DNA from: an uncultured Actinomycetota bacterium
GTDB lineage: Bacteria > Actinomycetota > Actinomycetes > Mycobacteriales > Mycobacteriaceae
Assembly (NCBI GenBank): GCA_963833935.1
Contig: CAWIAC010000020.1
Location: 18,607-82,606 of the forward strand
Reading direction: 5' to 3'
DNA length: 64,000 bases
Under the pieces are notes generated by a model. It did not search any database and was not told the origin of the DNA. It saw only the letters and a list, made by a program, of their open reading frames with translations. A program made the position numbers and the translations under genes. This document shows positions 61,784 through 64,000 of this stretch, one piece after another; positions within the stretch are counted from its first letter, which is position 1, and the number at the start of each line of letters is the position of its first letter.

Positions 61784-63208
61784 TCATTTGGTGGGCGGTG
61801 CGTGTCCATTGGTCGGCAGGTAGACGATCGCCGGCGCGTAGCCGGGGGGGGCGTGTCCGTTCGTCGAGAATCCGGCGGGTACTGGATATGCCGCGGCCGG
61901 CGACGTGGATGCCGAGTCCGGCGCGTATCCGGCGGCTGGCGAGCGCGCCACCGCGGTAAGGCGCGGCCCGTATTTGGAAGCAACTGCACCGCCGACGCCC
62001 GCCGCTGCGGCCACCCCCGCGGCGCGCGGTAGCCCGCCTATGATCGGTAGCCCAGCAGCTAGTGGCAGCCCACCTGTCGCGCCCAGATTGACGCCCGGCA
62101 ACGCCGACGCCAACGGCACGCCACCCAGCATCGCCGCCTGAGGTGTCGCGGCCCAGCCCCAGCTCTGCGGCACCGACAACGTGCCGACGGAGCCCGCTTC
62201 GCCCATGGCCGCCAAGTCTGCAAAACCGCCTGCGCCCTCTGCGAACCCTCCACCCAGGTCACCCGCGGCGCCAGCCGCCCCCGCCGCACCTTCGGCCGCA
62301 CTTCCTGCGTCGGCTAAGGCGGCTGCGGGGCTCAAGGCAGTGTTGATCGGTGTACCCATTAGGTCACCCAAAGCGTCGACCCCCAAAAAGCCGCCAAGAA
62401 ACCCCGGGAGATAGGCGTAGTCTTCCAACAGCCCTCCGACCGAGAACCCGGACGACGAAAGCCCTGTCAGCCCTGTCGTCGACGTGGTGGAAGTCGTACC
62501 CAGAAGATCACTCAGGAGTGACGAAAGTCCCGATGTCGACGACGTCGACGAACTCGGCGATACGAGGCTCTGCAGCGTCGTCTGAATCGAGGAGAGTAGC
62601 TGCGACAGCGTTGACTGCGCTCCCGTGCCAGTCGATGTGCTGGTGGCCTGGGCAACCGCGGCCCCCTGCACGGCCGACCCGGCCTGGTTGGTGGTCTGCG
62701 GCGCCGCGGTGAATGGCGTCACCTTCGCGGCCGCCGAACTCGCGGCATAGCCGTACATTGCGGTGGCGTCCTGTGCCCACATTTCGCCGTAGTCGGTCTC
62801 GGTGGCCGCGATTGCCGGTGTGTTCTGACCGTAAATGTTCGTCGCGACCAACGACGCCAGCTGAGTACGATTGGCGGCGATCTCCGCCGGCGGAACCGTC
62901 ATTGCGAACGCTGAGTGATAGGCGGCCGCCGCCGCCGTGGCTTGAGTGGCTGTCTGCTCAGCTTCCGCGGCGGTACTGCTCATCCACGCCACATAGGGCG
63001 CCGCAGCGGCCGCCATCTGAGTCGACGATGGACCCGTCCATGATTCGTCGGCTAGCTCCGAGATCACCGATCCGTACGAGGATGCCGCGGAACGCAATTC
63101 GGCAGCCAACCCGTTCCAGGCCGTGGCAGCGGCCTCTATCGAGCCTGACCCCGGCCCCGCATAAATCCGCGCGGAGTTGATCTCCGGCGGAAGCGCCCCG
63201 AAATCCAT
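61784..63208 (-). CDS. PPE-family protein (SVP subgroup)
   Basis: [24 protein letters not shown] and GTLSVPQSW motifs. Confidence 0.95.
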   Translation of the reverse strand: MDFGALPPEINSARIYAGPGSGSIEAAATAWNGLAAELRSAASSYGSVISELADESWTGPSSTQMAAAAAPYVAWMSSTAAEAEQTATQATAAAAAYHSAFAMTVPPAEIAANRTQLASLVATNIYGQNTPAIAATETDYGEMWAQDATAMYGYAASSAAAKVTPFTAAPQTTNQAGSAVQGAAVAQATSTSTGTGAQSTLSQLLSSIQTTLQSLVSPSSSTSSTSGLSSLLSDLLGTTSTTSTTGLTGLSSSGFSVGGLLEDYAYLPGFLGGFLGVDALGDLMGTPINTALSPAAALADAGSAAEGAAGAAGAAGDLGGGFAEGAGGFADLAAMGEAGSVGTLSVPQSWGWAATPQAAMLGGVPLASALPGVNLGATGGLPLAAGLPIIGGLPRAAGVAAAAGVGGAVASKYGPRLTAVARSPAAGYAPDSASTSPAAAYPVPAGFSTNGHAPPGYAPAIVYLPTNGHAPPTK

Positions 63209-63226
63209 GTCTGAACCTTCGACTGC

Positions 63227-63526
63227 CTAGAGTGCCGCGGCGGCATTGGCGGCCTCGGTGGCCGCGTACGAACTGGCGCTGATGCCCAGCGTGCTCACAA
63301 ACATCTCGTGAATCGCTGCGGCCTGGGCGCTGACCTCCTGATACAGCTGGGCGTGTGCGGCGAACTGCGCCGCGGTCAGCGCCGACACTGAGTCGGCAGC
63401 CGCGGGTACCACCCCCGTCGTCGGGGCTGCCGCCGCCATATTCCCGGCGGCGATTCCGGAGCCCAGACCCTGGAGGGTGCCGGCCGCAGCCGTCAACGCC
63501 TCAGGCTGTGTCGTCACGAACGACAT
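63227..63526 (-). CDS. PE-family protein (99 aa)
   Basis: MSFVTTQPEAL...PAAADSVS...YAATE. AGGAGG RBS. Confidence 0.95.
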   Translation of the reverse strand: MSFVTTQPEALTAAAGTLQGLGSGIAAGNMAAAAPTTGVVPAAADSVSALTAAQFAAHAQLYQEVSAQAAAIHEMFVSTLGISASSYAATEAANAAAAL

Positions 63527-64000
63527 GTGCTTCCTCCTAACAGAAGCAGGCCGACTCTGCGGCGGCCCGCGATTACGGCGGCGGCATCTGGGCACGACCA
63601 AAAGATACCGCGATGCATCTATTTGGTCAGTATACGTACGATACGACATATAACAAGCACAGACGAGGCTTGCAGTCTGATGGGGAGGGATATACATCTC
63701 CATATTTGGCTTATGGCCTGCTGACAGACCGGCGGACCTAGCGAGCTCCGGTAGCCGGGGCATCAATTGGCTCAGTGCGTTCCTGCCACTAACAAACCGG
63801 CCGCGGCACCACCGGGTGCTATCTCGCGTCGCTGGTGATTCGGGTAAGCACCGGGATCGGGTCGGCCCGTGCAGGCTCCGTCACAGATCGCTTGGTCCGG
63901 GTGCCGTGACAGTAGGCGCAGGTAACAGGTTGGCTGGATGGTGCGGGGTCGCATTTGGCGTCCTCAGACCTGGGCAAATGCGGCCGGCTGGCGATCGAGG

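Overview
High-GC actinobacterial DNA, almost certainly a slow-growing Mycobacterium (ESX-5-type PE/PPE/esx genes, MIRU-like repeats). Bases 1-24.7 kb are core chromosome, collinear with M. tuberculosis Rv0999-Rv1018c as I recall it: alkB-like, arcA, pmt, rsmI, pabB, metG, tatD, rpfB, ksgA, ispE, pks16-like ligase, pth, rplY, lpqT, prs, glmU. Small inserts in this part are an ECF41 sigma/oxidoreductase pair, DUF1772, an SbtA-type bicarbonate transporter, an SDR and arsC. pabB and lpqT are frameshifted. From about 24.9 kb to the end is a mosaic accessory region: a PAS gene and two ScbR-like TetRs, a PPE, a decaying NDP-sugar cluster, an eccE5 fragment joined to a PknD-like NHL propeller, rmlA, a defective IS3 element, a Wzx/Wzy-type polysaccharide locus with a fadD-wzy chimera, and a PE-PPE-esx-esx cassette. 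The standout is a six-gene minus-strand operon (35.0-43.5 kb). It couples a stand-alone A-T-TE NRPS to a Gram-negative-style ADP-heptose pathway (hldE, gmhB, hldD) and a GT9 heptosyltransferase. It lacks gmhA and has an AGE-family isomerase instead. No intact tRNA, rRNA or CRISPR array was seen. All homology calls are from motif recognition and memory; no database search was run.
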